Shown here: positions 1 through 12,240 of the stretch, piece after piece
Position numbering within the stretch: position 1 is the first letter of the stretch
Layout: each line of letters opens with the position of its first letter
From: Lingula anatina
Lineage: Eukaryota > Animalia > Brachiopoda
Assembly: GCA_051362555.1 (NCBI GenBank)
Contig: CM120640.1
Coordinates: 8,618,001 to 8,682,000 of the forward strand
Length of the DNA: 64,000 bases
Direction: 5' to 3'
The notes under the pieces: generated by a model
Told to the model about the DNA's origin: nothing
The model's database searches: none
The model's input: the letters and a program-made list of their open reading frames with translations, nothing else
Position numbers and translations under genes: made by a program

Positions 1-1045
1 GTAATTTTGGCGCACGAGTTCATCTTAACTCCGATATAGGGTCGCCAAGCCATTTTTTAAACATTGACAAGCACTGGTAAATCATAAAACAAAAATCATT
101 AAATACAACGCTGACTTCCCACTTTTAATTTCATTTTCAATGATGACCTTCCTTTAACACCCCGCGAATGTATCGTTTTACTTTGCAACATTGCACTTAG
201 GGTTTAAGGTGTACGCAAACGAGAATTTTGCAGGGAACCTGGTGGACAAACGTGTGGTTGTTTTAAATGCCTGGTATTGATTAATCCTATCGTGGACAGC
301 AAACGGTCGTTGAATGCTGGAAAAATAGGCTGGTGATTAGTTTGTGTACTCAGTGCACCGTTTGTGTGTAAAAGACTTCTTATTAATTGACCATAGTGTC
401 GAGAATTGCTATGTGTTTGTGGACGAAAACGGATTTTTCATCGAAACAATTTACCAAATCACAAAACAAGAGAACTGCGAGACTTTCCCCCATTTTTCCT
501 GTTTGTTCGTCGATTTGAAGATTAGAAATAAAAGAAGCTTTTTTTCTTTGCTCAAAAAGATAATATTGTGAAATTAGGGTATTATACGATCTGAATCTGC
601 CATAATGGAAATAATAGCACAGGATATCGAATAAAAGAAAGTGTCGAAAAACGAGATCCCATCTGCAGGCTAATAGCCGACAAAAACAATTCGGTCACTT
701 TCATTGCAATCAAGGGACATGAATGAAAATTTACAATTTTAGGCGAAAGTAAAGTTTGAATTCAGCATTTGGTTTTAATGGAAAATTAAGAAAAACAGGA
801 AAGTTTATTAAATGTTTTTTTTTTTTGCCTTAAAGCCTTCACCAACTTTCTGTGTAATGCTACTATAATTTATCTTTGTTTTAAAGTGAATTGTACTCCT
901 AGAAACCGAAACATTTGGGCCAATTCCAAACTCAAGAAAACTAATGTATTTTGAACCTGTTACGTCCAACCATGTTCCTCTAACCGGATGCTAAAGTATA
1001 CTGCGTGAGATAAACTTATACTTATGGCTTCTCTTTAACTTTTAG

Positions 1046-1278
1046 GTCTTTTTGGAGTAATTTTCCGGAGCCGACAGACAGAAGCCTTTGCAAATTTCAG
1101 GATGTTCCAGGCGACTGGATTAGCAATTTCCTTTGGATACAGCTATTTCTTGTGTGTGGAAACCAAAGTGTTTATCCTCGGCACCACCTTGGTGGCAGCG
1201 TTAGCAGGATACGTAGTACTCGAGTGGAGGCAGAGGAAATTCGACCAGGGGGTCAATTTCAATGTTGTTGTACTTTGA
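1046..1278 (+). CDS. UNC93A: Terminal coding exon of an UNC-93-like (UNC93A-type) MFS membrane protein; upstream exons lie outside the window
   Basis: Acceptor tttag at 1041-1045, then LFGVIFRSRQTEAFANFRMFQATGLAISFGYSYFLCVETKVFILGTTLVAALAGYVVLEWRQ...VVVL* (TGA 1276-1278). Matches the UNC93A C-terminal pattern EAAFANYRLWE-LGF-IAFGYS-FLC---K-YIL. Not in the ORF track in this frame. Confidence 0.8.
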
Positions 1279-3474
1279 ACGTCGACCAAAGATCAGGAGG
1301 AGAGTGCGAGCAAGTGTTTCAAAATAACTTATGAGCAGATAATTCGACCATATATGATTATGCATAGAAAGGAGTAGAGCAGAAGTGGAGACAAGAATTA
1401 AATGTTATTGTTTCATTATATATAGATGTATGAACGTAAAGGGCAATCACCAGCTTTCTTTGTTAAAGCATCAAACGAACGCAGATTAAGTCATGTATAA
1501 TTCAATGGTGAAAGAAAACACACATATCGAATACCGAAATACATAAACTTGATGTCTTTAGAATATATGATGGTTAGGTAGTTCGTCATGGAGAAGTCGT
1601 CCTCCCAGAGTTCGACTAAAAGATGGTAGATTCGCAAAAAGAGGGGTATTCAGTCAGGGTTATGGTAGAAAGATATTAATTAAGTGAAATGTAGGTCTAC
1701 ATGTACAGTCATATGAACTCCAAGAGATGTCAAACATAATTTTCTACAAGGGTATGAGCATTGCGAGAAGCTTGCCATTTTCACGGAAAGGGGTATCGAT
1801 TTCAAGGGTTTAACAAAAAATGTATTTAAAGGATGACAATTGTGTATGATTGTAGAAAGGGGTAACGTCAAAAGAATGTTTATAGATATATGGTTGACGT
1901 ATTTAGCACAAAATTGGCTTAGTCCGCTTAGTAACATTGACCAACTGGACGTTGTAACCTACCAGAAATAATTGGTTACCAATCTGGTTAAATGTGAACA
2001 AATCTATTTATAGTGCTAATTGGCCAGATTCCATGATACATAGAAGCAAAATACATTGAACATGTACGTAGTATTCCTCGGAAAAGCAGCGAGTCTCTTT
2101 AATGTCCCTTTCTTTGAATTTCTCTCTACGAACCAATTATACTGGCAGGACTGTTTATGTGTAAAGACAAAAATTGTGGCACCGAAAAAGAAAAGTGGGA
2201 ACTTTATCTCAAAGACGGTTATATACAAGATTACTCGAATGTGAGAAATTGAATGTGACACTATCTAAATTTGCGCAACTTGAGATAAAATATCCATCTT
2301 GTTTCTAGTTTTATAGAACTGTACGTATTGAGCATGGTGGCAAGTCCGTTGGACACCCCTTCGCTGGAAATGTGTAGGGTTTTTGTCACAAGAAAACATT
2401 ATGAATCATACATGTAGGTTGAAACACCTACGGGGGACTGTGAACAACAGGCTCGTCGAGCAACAGCGAAATTTTCTCCGAAATCGGGATGTTTAATAAA
2501 TGATTCTTAGAACTAGCATGATGGAAAGAAATATACACCTGCCTTTAAAATCGTCAATTCAACAATCCGCCACAGTTTCGCATTACTCTATGAAGGCTGG
2601 GGGGAATCTACTATGGACTAGCTTAGCTTGGTTGTGCTTGTAAAAGTCTTTGTGGGAGCTAAGAAGGAGGCTGTTGTTCCCCCCATATACATATGCTTGG
2701 CAACGGCAATTATCGTTTTTGAGGCCTGATATATTAAGAATAAGAACTACTATCCAGAAAGCGCATGGCTCTTTAGTAAATGATGTAGGTGCACTATTTA
2801 TATGTAATGACGGTTTTCCCCTCAATGGTCTTTCCTCCAAACTCAGGTACAGGTATTCATTCGTCGTGGCAATCAAGGAACTATTACACTCTACATGTAA
2901 CAGAGTCGATGAATGCATTCTATACAAGAAATGACATTATTACGTTGCAGATTAACAGCAAAAACTGACTTCGATCACGAACGCCAAAACAATACGCCAG
3001 TTTTCAATGGATCTCAAATGTGTTGACGTTGCTGTAATGCATGGAACGTAGAAACTTAGACATGATGGGGTATAAACGGGACATTTACGACCATCTACTT
3101 ATATATTATCATGAGAATAGTTGATTCTATGTTTCAAGAAAAAGGTGTGCAAATAATCTGACCATGTGTAAGAAAAGATATGAAAATACTTAATGTGAAA
3201 CGAGCTTATGGTATTAAAATGCGTTCATGTTATCCTCACAGGAATGACTTTTATCGATTGCATTAGTCTAGCTTTAACATCATTGCGTCATTATGTCAGG
3301 TTGTAGTTAGGCGGCAATTCCTAACGTTCAATCGGTCGAACTTCGGTAGTGGTACTTAAGTTGCAATATTTTTTCAATTAAAGCAAAACTCGTCGATTTA
3401 AATATGGGCATCGACTATCAACAAGCTACGTAATCAAAAGACGAATTTTGTAACATAAAAGAAAATTACAAAAA

Positions 3475-3476
3475 AA

Positions 3477-3515
<39 letters not shown>

Positions 3516-3528
3516 AATAAAAATAAAA
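3475..3528. repeat. (AAAT)n/(AAAAT)n microsatellite
   Basis: Directly visible tandem run. Confidence 0.9.
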
Positions 3529-5095
3529 ACGCAACAGATTATCTCGTGACACGTTCGTCACAAACACGCCAGCACCCACACGCACACACTGATACGATCA
3601 CTGGAAGATTCTCCAAGTTAGCTTTAGCGATACATGAAATATACTTTTTCAAACAATAATGTTAAACAAGCTACAAAACGAAATATACATGCATATATTT
3701 AAGCTAAACACAAAATAAACATCACAGTAAAAATATAACAGAGTTGGAAGAAAAAGATCTCCAAATGTATATTTTTAGTTTCATCGTATAAAGTCCTGTT
3801 GTACTAGAAGAAATTTCTCCCCATCCCTCCTATTCTTGATAATAATAGGAGATAGGAAAGTTAATGACCGACTATCTTGCTCTGAAAATTTATCTCCTCT
3901 TACTTGAAATGGACATATGAACAGAAGAACAATATAGTCCATTTTCATTTCTAGCCAGATCAATAACCTCTACCCCGTCTTATTTTTGGTTGAACTTTCT
4001 CTCAAGTCTAATAGTAACTCAATCAATCATCTGCCAGAACATTACCAGTAAACAACACTACATAGTTTTGAACATGAAAATGACACCTAAATTGGCAAAG
4101 CTACGCACATGACCATAATTATAAGGTGATAATATGAATAATATGATAATATGAATTTCTGAATAGTTGTCATTTCAGCAACAGATAATCCAAAATAACT
4201 TAACAAGCACAGACTAAAGTGCTCTTTGGGGAATGTAATACAGATGCAAGATGCAACCTATATTTACAAATTATGATAAAATAAACTGTAAACAACAAGT
4301 ATCAATAAAAATAAAATGTCTAAAATCAATTGTCTTCTATGCTCCCATTTTACATGCAGTTTTGGTTCACAGCCTAGCAATAGGATATCACGATATGAAG
4401 AACAAACACAAGGAAAGTAATACTGAGTAAGTGCTTTACAAATATCTAAAGGCTGTTGAAACTGAAAAGATGCATTTCCAGGAATACACAAGTAGGTCAA
4501 ATAAAAACTTATCAGAACTCAAAATATTCAATACCAAGACAACTGTACTAGTATACCCAGCTCAGTGGATAAAAAACACTGATATAAGCTGGCTATCCTT
4601 AAACGTTTTCCTTCTTCTAATCTTATTTTCCATTATATTTCCTCTCTTGGTAATTTTGATAGTGACTCTTTTTTTCTGTCTCTTTTCAACATGCCTATTT
4701 ATTTAAGGAGCAAATGGACAATGAACACAGAATTGGTATATGTATAGATATTAAATGCCATGGGAAAACAATAACAAAATGCTCATACAAAAATTAAAAA
4801 TCCATATACAATTGAAAATTATGATCAACAAATCAATTTTAGTTGGGTAAGAAAAAAATGACTCATCATGATATACTCAGGAAAAACTGAATAACCTGTA
4901 CGCCACAAAGCTTTCACTACATTAGAAAGTGTCATCTATACCTTCATAGAAATGGAAACATAATCAATAATCTTGCTTCACTAAACTATAACCTTAAAGG
5001 GGTAAGTGTGTTACAAAACAAGCACTGTTACAGGAGGAAATAATGTAAATATTTCACTCCACGCTTTATACCATATTTTAATTAAAGCATACACG

Positions 5096-5097
<2 letters not shown>

Positions 5098-5128
<31 letters not shown>
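5098..5128. repeat. (CA)n microsatellite in the 3' UTR of the STAND gene
   Basis: Directly visible tandem run. Confidence 0.95.
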
Positions 5129-5130
<2 letters not shown>

Positions 5131-5181
5131 TATCAATGATTGGCAGGACTAACAATTTCATTTCTCTTTTTTGTCTCTTCA

Positions 5182-8100
5182 CTAGTTGTCTGGGCTCCAT
5201 TTAAACAGTTTGTGAGGTGGAGAGCTGGAATCCACATTCTCATTTGCAGGAGACAAACCATCTGAATCAGAAAATGATGAACATTCTTGGGGAGAGGGGG
5301 CACCACAGTCTTCATCACTGGTATCCGTGTCCGATTCACTTTCCTCCATACCATGTTTTTTCTTATAGTCCTGCCATGAAATTTTCATCAAAATTTTAAA
5401 AGTAAGCAAATATAACAATTTCTATTTCAAATTCTTTTTTTACTTTAAGGCTGACTAAATGTAAAATTACAAGTTGCTGTAAGTTTTAATTGCTTGTACT
5501 TACTATTATTATCTTTCTGATTCTTTCCAAATCCATAGATCTGTTGAGTTTTTTCAAGATGGGTAACACATCTTCTTCAAGTGTTAAAAAAGATTTTTCT
5601 TGAGGATCCAGTCCCTCATTGTGTGGAGTGCTGGACAGTAAACTGGACAGATCATTAACTTGTCTTGCTGCTTCTTCAAAGTACTGGGAAGAATTGCCTA
5701 CAATATATATAAAAACCTGTGTACTGCACACCAATGTATTATATACCATTATACCATGTTTTTTCTCCTAATTGCAGCTGGAGTTCTTTTCTGTTTTATG
5801 CAGACACAATCTCAACAATCACACAAGAAATGCATTATAAAGATACCAAAATCAATACAGTCTAAACACTTCTGCATAAAATAACACGCTTAAAATGTTA
5901 AGGAACGTTTAAAAATAGATTTTAAATAACATACTAGGAGAAGAAATCACCTTCACATAACCCTTCCTCATATTCCCCCAGCTCCTTCAGAACAAATGCC
6001 CTGAACACCATGCAGTCAAATTTGAACCTGTGGTAAGGAGTTGCTCTCTTCTTGGCAATACCCACAGCCTCTTCCAGCAGCTTGCTGGCATCTTTAAGAC
6101 AGCATTTGCAAGCACTCGACTTTTCCCCAATTCTCACCAAAGGAACATTTTCTTCTTCATAATTCTGCAGGACTTCAAATTTGGCCTGATACAAGTCTGC
6201 AAAATCTCTCAGCAGTTTTGCTCTATTCAGGGAGAAATCACCATTTTTTGTTGCAATGTCCAAAGCATCCGAATTAAGGGTTTCTGCTTTTTCAAAAAGC
6301 TCCTTAAAATTATCATCTGGGTGCTCATTCTTGTACAATTTATCCCTACACATGGCCTTTAGGGCTTTGGCAATGTTAGCACAAGTCACAGGGGTCAAAT
6401 TTCCCTTTGATTTCTGTCTTTGGTGAGCAATACTAAAATGTTTCTCTGCCTCTTTATATTGACGAAGTGAAAAGTAAACAGACCCGATGAAGTTTTCCAC
6501 GTCATCAAGAGAAACATCAAATTCTCCTTTAATGTTCATTAAGCATCTCTTGCATTCTGAAAAACTGTGAAAAGCACCTTCGTAAACCTCTCTTTTGTAA
6601 AATATATTGCCACAAACATAATGATAGAGTGTTTGTATTGGAAAGTTGTGTTTTACAGAGTCATCCTGAAAGAGCAGTGAAGCCTGCTTGCATATCGCTT
6701 CAGCTTCATCATATTGTTCTAAATCTAAATAACACCTGGCAGTCTGAAGCATTCTGTAACAAGATGTTATGACATCTCCAGTTCCTTCAGCTTTCTTTTG
6801 GGCTTCTGCTAAGTACTTTATTCTCTCACTTAAATCAGACAGATTTTCTATGAAAATATTGATGACCATAATGGTTGACATTTTTTCACTTGTACAGGGG
6901 TTATTAACAGCTATCTTCATATAGGTCCTAAGATACAGTGACATCACCTGCTGTACCACAACAGAAAAAACACCAAGCCCTTGTTTGTGAATCTCCTTTG
7001 CTTTTTGCTCAAAGAACAAAACAAAGCCATTCATCCCTTTTACAGTTATATTTCTAAAGTTCTCTTCCAGTGCCTTGCCTTCAGCAAAATTTTTCACCAA
7101 TGGATGAAGGGAATATCTTCCCAAAGAAGATTTCTTATAACCCATGGTAACAGTATTAGAGTAAATACTGTAGTCCTCAAACTCCACCAGATGATGGCCA
7201 ATCAAACACCTCAAGTCAAATTTTGCATCTTCTTCAGCATATTGACTGCGAGACTCCTTTGGCTGAAGTTCTCTGAACACAAAGTAAGCAGCCTCCGCAT
7301 CAAAGCTGGAGTCAAACACGGAAAGTGAAACCAAGCAATTCTGCATGTCCCCAGGAAGTGCTGCAAACATTTCTTGTAAGCATCTGTGAACTGGTGGCAA
7401 AGTGGCTGTGGCTTTCAGTTTCCCTGGCTGGAGACGGCTGATGATGTCATCTGGTTGTAGGTCCCCCTGTCTCATTAGGTCTGCCACAACTAACAATGCT
7501 TGTGGACTGCAGCCACACAGATGGGCTAGGGTGGAACACTGGCCGTCAGTTAATGTCACATGACATGTCTGGCCCTGAACACAAAGCATTAGAAATATCT
7601 GTTTATTCTAAGTATGACACAATAGAAGCATGTCTGTTAGACTGTGTAATATGAATCAACTTAAAAAACTATTATATTAAATTATGATACTATGGCAATT
7701 ACATGTATCACCAATTTATGGAAAGATTAATTAATGCTTACACTGTTCATACAAACAGTTTTTTGGAGAAGTTCTTCTGCTTCCCTCTGCTCCATTGATT
7801 TGAGTTCTATCTCTTGCATCAAGCCACCAAACCTCCCCTCAACCATCATCTCAACTCTAGATGTAATCAAAAGTTTCACCTAACAAAATAAAACCATTAA
7901 ATGAAACATTTGCTCAAGCCAACAAATGAGAAATCGTATAAATCCTTTTAGTCATAACAATATCCCTTATCTTATGTACTTATGCCGTAATGTACTAAAG
8001 AAAATCCTAATGCTAATCAGATGTGCTGCAAGTTTTTGTTATTCTAAAAAATTCCTTTCAAAGATATTCCAAAATTATTTTCAAAATTATGTTTTAATCC

Positions 8101-10179
8101 AAAGGACCTTGGTCCATACAAAAACATGTTTTATCCTTCAGTATCGTAAGTACATAATTAACAAAATATACATGTGTAAGGATTTTTCATGCAGAACATA
8201 CTGGCATTTCATTTGCACAGTTTTCATTTTAAGGACTTTGTATATTGTAAAAAGCCGGTTCTTTCTTTGTGGATTTCAAGTACAAATTACCTTTGAATCA
8301 GGGTTCATTCTGCAAACTATATCATGCATGAGGTTGAGAAAGTTGTCTTTGTTACTGCTCCCCATCAGCTTATCAACATCATCCAAAATGACTACAGTGT
8401 CTTCTGAAATGATGCACAAGATTATGAGCTAAAATTTATGTCTCAAAATGTGAGTGCCTCAGCATTTTATTTCAGTTAATCTCAGATACCAATAAGACTA
8501 CAGCCAATGGAATTAGTACATTTTCATTACTCAAGAATATTGGTATTAATAGAAATTTAAGGCCATCCATATGATATATTAAGTAAAATGTAACATGGAT
8601 TTTTTTATAAATTGTATGATCCAAGTGTATGTAATAAGAATAAATGAACTTACCGTTCTCAGTATTTAAAATGCTGAGTAATGAATCTGTGAGGTCTGCC
8701 TCTGTTAGCATAGGTTTTCTTTGATCAGAGTGAGTCATGAGATTGATGACAACTGTGGTCAGAAATTCTTTGATAGTGTCTTTTGCCCTGTAAAGATGAG
8801 ATATATATGTTAACTTCTGCCTTAATGAATATATATAAATAGCACTTCAAGGGGACGGGGGAATTTTTCTGAAAAGGTGGTCCTTTTTATCTTTTTAGTT
8901 GACCCAATTTGGAAAATGTCATAGTATCAACTGGTAGATCTATATTATATTCACAGCAAGGCTTTTACCTTCAAAAAGATGGTTCTCTAGAGGCCTCCAA
9001 TGGCCTATGGGCCTGTTTAAGTTGTTAAAGTCATATTACAGTTTCACAAAGCACAAAAACGACATAAATCGTTTCCCTTAAAGTGATATTAAAAAAGAAT
9101 GCTAAATAATCTGTTTTTGATACTGCAATACTAAAAGATGATAACATTTTTTAAAAAAAGGCTAATTTAGAAAATCACTATATACATACATTATAAATAA
9201 AAAAGGTCCTAAATCAAGATTCAAATGACAATGTAATTCTTAAGCTCCATATTCAACAAAAACACCTTGCCTTGCTTTAGATATCTATGTTTTAGACAAA
9301 ATAACCTACCTTATCTCAACCTTTTTTATCTTCCATGCAATCCTAGAACACATTTCACGTGCCAGTGCAGACTTCCCAAGCCCTCCAAGACCACAGATAC
9401 ATATTGCTGTTGACAGAAAGCACACTAATTGTAAGCTATTATTACAAATGACAAAGTATACATCACTTTGTACAGCTCTGTTAAAAAAGAAACAAGAAAA
9501 ACCAACAAACATACTAGTAACTTATTTCAAGTGAAATTATAAATATTTATTTTGTTAAATTAGTAATATGAGCAGGAAAAAAGAAGATTGCTGTTCAAAA
9601 TGTTACATTATATAAATACTTGCCTTCACAATGTCACATCATACATCTTGTAATTTTCAATTATATGTTTTACCTAGAAAGTAACTTAGTTATGGAATTT
9701 ATTATTAATCTATACATGTATGTAATTGCAAGCATGTGATGCTTTTCATTATATATATATTTTTTACTGTTAATTTTAAAACTTTCTTTGGCCTACAAAC
9801 CTTTAATGCTTCTTTCATATAGACCACTCTCTAGTTGTTCCAGATAATGTTTTCTGCCAAAAAAGTTTGGATTTCCTTGAATGCCTTTTTCTTTGAGCCA
9901 GGTTTCGTATTTGATTCTATGTTCTTTGACTCGATCACTCCAATAAACCTCTCCGCACGAAAAACTCACAGTTTTTTTTAGCTTAGAGAGTAGATTCTCT
10001 AGTGTTTCGTAGTATTTCTCTAACGGAGTGCAACATTCTCTAAGAGACGTTAAAAAGCGTTTGGCATCATTATCGTCCGTTTTCAAAACAAGGCTTTCTT
10101 TTGTCAATAATTTTAAGCTTTCGATATCGTCTTGGGTAAGATCTTCACTAAGTTCCAATTCAAGTTCATTTATATCCAT
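5182..10179 (-). CDS. STAND-class NTPase: DED-like N-terminus, NB-ARC-type ATPase, TPR-like repeats, acidic Ser/Asp tail (~955 aa, 8 exons)
   Basis: Phase-consistent GT-AG exons: 9801-10179, 9310-9406, 8654-8787, 8291-8403, 7742-7879, 5951-7574, 5504-5697, 5182-5370 (2868 nt). Motifs: LELSEDLTQDDIESLKLL (DED-like), FFGR, Walker A GLGGLGKS, Walker B VVILDDVD, sensor-1 KLLITSR, CGCSPQAL (GLPL-like), LHPLV (MHD-like), TPR-like helices (ARCYLDLEQYDEAEAIC; IGSVYFSLRQYKEAEKHFSIA). Confidence 0.85.
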
Positions 10180-10830
10180 ACCTTGGGCATAAATATATAT
10201 CACTGATACGTAACAAGGCGAATTCAACAGCAATCCCTAAAGTCACATGAACGGCAACTATAATGACTGTTTGAACGTCAGGGTATTTTTCTTCCGTAAC
10301 AACGAAATAACTTTTGCATTACCTTATTACCTGGCAAGCGCGGGGTGTCGAAAATATGGTTTTCCATCACTTTAAATGGCATATTTTGAAAATTATCCTT
10401 GTAAACAAATTCACTAGGCTCTCTGTAGTGTGATCACATTTACAAATACTTCACCCTCACCAGGGCCCTCGCTCCAGTAAATGCCGCCATATTTTGATGT
10501 ATAATACAAGACGGGAGCAACTAGTGGTTTAATATTTGCTCGTCTAGTACGAATGGCATAAACAAGATACATTGACCGGCAGATATTAACATTATAAAAA
10601 CAAACATGTATCACAACTTCTGTGTAATTTTGACACCATTCCCTTCTTTTAATGTAATAAAGAATAGTAATTTGTTTTTAATAAACATTTTTTTAAAATA
10701 TCAGCTCCTTCACGGTAACAGCGTGGAAACGCTACCATGCAGTAGTTTCACTTTCGATACTGAAACAGATTTTGAACCATAACTCAGACGCAACCTTTTC
10801 GATCATGAAGGAATATGTTTTCCATTTTTA

Positions 10831-10835
<5 letters not shown>

Positions 10836-10876
<41 letters not shown>
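10836..10876. repeat. (CA)n microsatellite
   Basis: Directly visible tandem run. Confidence 0.95.
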
Positions 10877-10878
<2 letters not shown>

Positions 10879-11269
10879 GATTGAACTGTACATTTTGATT
10901 TTTCTTGTTTGTTTAAAATTGCCCACTCAAAAATTAAAACATTTGTAGTTGGATACGTCTCAATTAAATTGTTCGGCTACAGTTTGGTGACATTTTTAGG
11001 ACAAAAAATCTGGTGGAAAAGTACCGATTACCATTCCATCTAAATTCATGCCGGTTTTCTAATTTTTTCAAACATGTTTTTCCCCCCTTGTCCTCGAATG
11101 AGATCTACATACGTGATACTGCAGTTTTCCGTAGTATGTTTTTATAATTAAGTGGCAGTTCATGTATGTTACCAAAACAAAATGTTCAGCCATGGCTTTT
11201 CTGTTTGTGTAAGGCTAGCTCTTAGTACATATTTGAACGACCCTCTTACAAATGCACTTGCATATACTA

Positions 11270-11270
<1 letters not shown>

Positions 11271-11354
<84 letters not shown>
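11271..11354. repeat. (TA)n microsatellite
   Basis: Pure TA run of ~84 bp; it generates the spurious IYIY ORFs. Confidence 0.97.
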
Positions 11355-11356
<2 letters not shown>

Positions 11357-11888
11357 GGGTATATATATGGTCTGATGTGTTCACTTCTATCACCAGGCCT
11401 AGGCATCGTTAAAAATGAAAATTTTTCAAATATGTAAATTGTAAAATCAATTATATAGACTTTATAGATAAATTTGTTTAAAATTGAAATACATTTTTAA
11501 AAAAAAGTTTAGGGGAGTTTGCAGTTACCGTTGACTCTTAGTGCAGTGGCGGATTTAGGGAGTGTCAGGGGGGTCTTGCCCCCCCCCCCCCCCCCCCCGA
11601 TTTCTGAAAAAAAAAAAAAAAAACACCAATGGTCCCCTCTTGTAATTAGAATTTTGGATAAAAGAAAACACTTTTTGAGTAAAAACTGTTGTTTTATTAA
11701 CCACCCAACGTTTTTCCCTTCTGCTCATTGTCCTCATTGTTGTGGTTAAAAAGGCGTTTATAGCTGTTTAGGTAAGGGAGATCTGCTTGAAAGCGATTTT
11801 ACAGTTAAATATAGATAAATATAAATAAATAGATTAATAAACAAATGAAGATTTTTGATGCCACAGCAATTTCTCATAGCATGATAAT

Positions 11889-11890
11889 AT

Positions 11891-11929
<39 letters not shown>

Positions 11930-11931
11930 TT
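11889..11931. repeat. (ATTT)n microsatellite
   Basis: Directly visible tandem run. Confidence 0.9.
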
Positions 11932-12240
11932 GCATTATCTAAGCGGATAAGGAAAATAATTTTAACGCATCGAACTTCCTTGTTATACTCAGGGTGCCAG
12001 TGTAACGAAGAGTTGGTTTGAAATCGAGACTTAAGGAGTCTGCCCTTGGCGTTTAACGTAAATCACGGTTTTGTTGATATTTCATGCATTTTAGAGAATT
12101 TAGTAAATGTCCAGCTTTGTTTTGACATTGAATACATATGTGGTTATCAGTATAACGGTCACTTTATTTTTTTCACTTTTTTTCAATGGCGCTTCTTGTG
12201 TAGTTGAGACGATAGGTGTCGCACACATTGTGTTGGCAAA

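Noticed and set aside
200-835. Possible TTAA-flanked (Kolobok/piggyBac-like) MITE; similar hints at ~8847-9081 and ~31139-31560
   Set aside because: The putative TIRs match over too few bases to support boundaries.
7926-8432. 168-aa + strand ORF, and other antisense ORFs (6030, 6981, 13835, 58574, 59598)
   Set aside because: Shadows of real genes on the opposite strand or AT-rich intronic frames with no recognisable motifs.
11152-11437. Four overlapping IYIY-repeat ORFs
   Set aside because: Translations of the (TA)n microsatellite.
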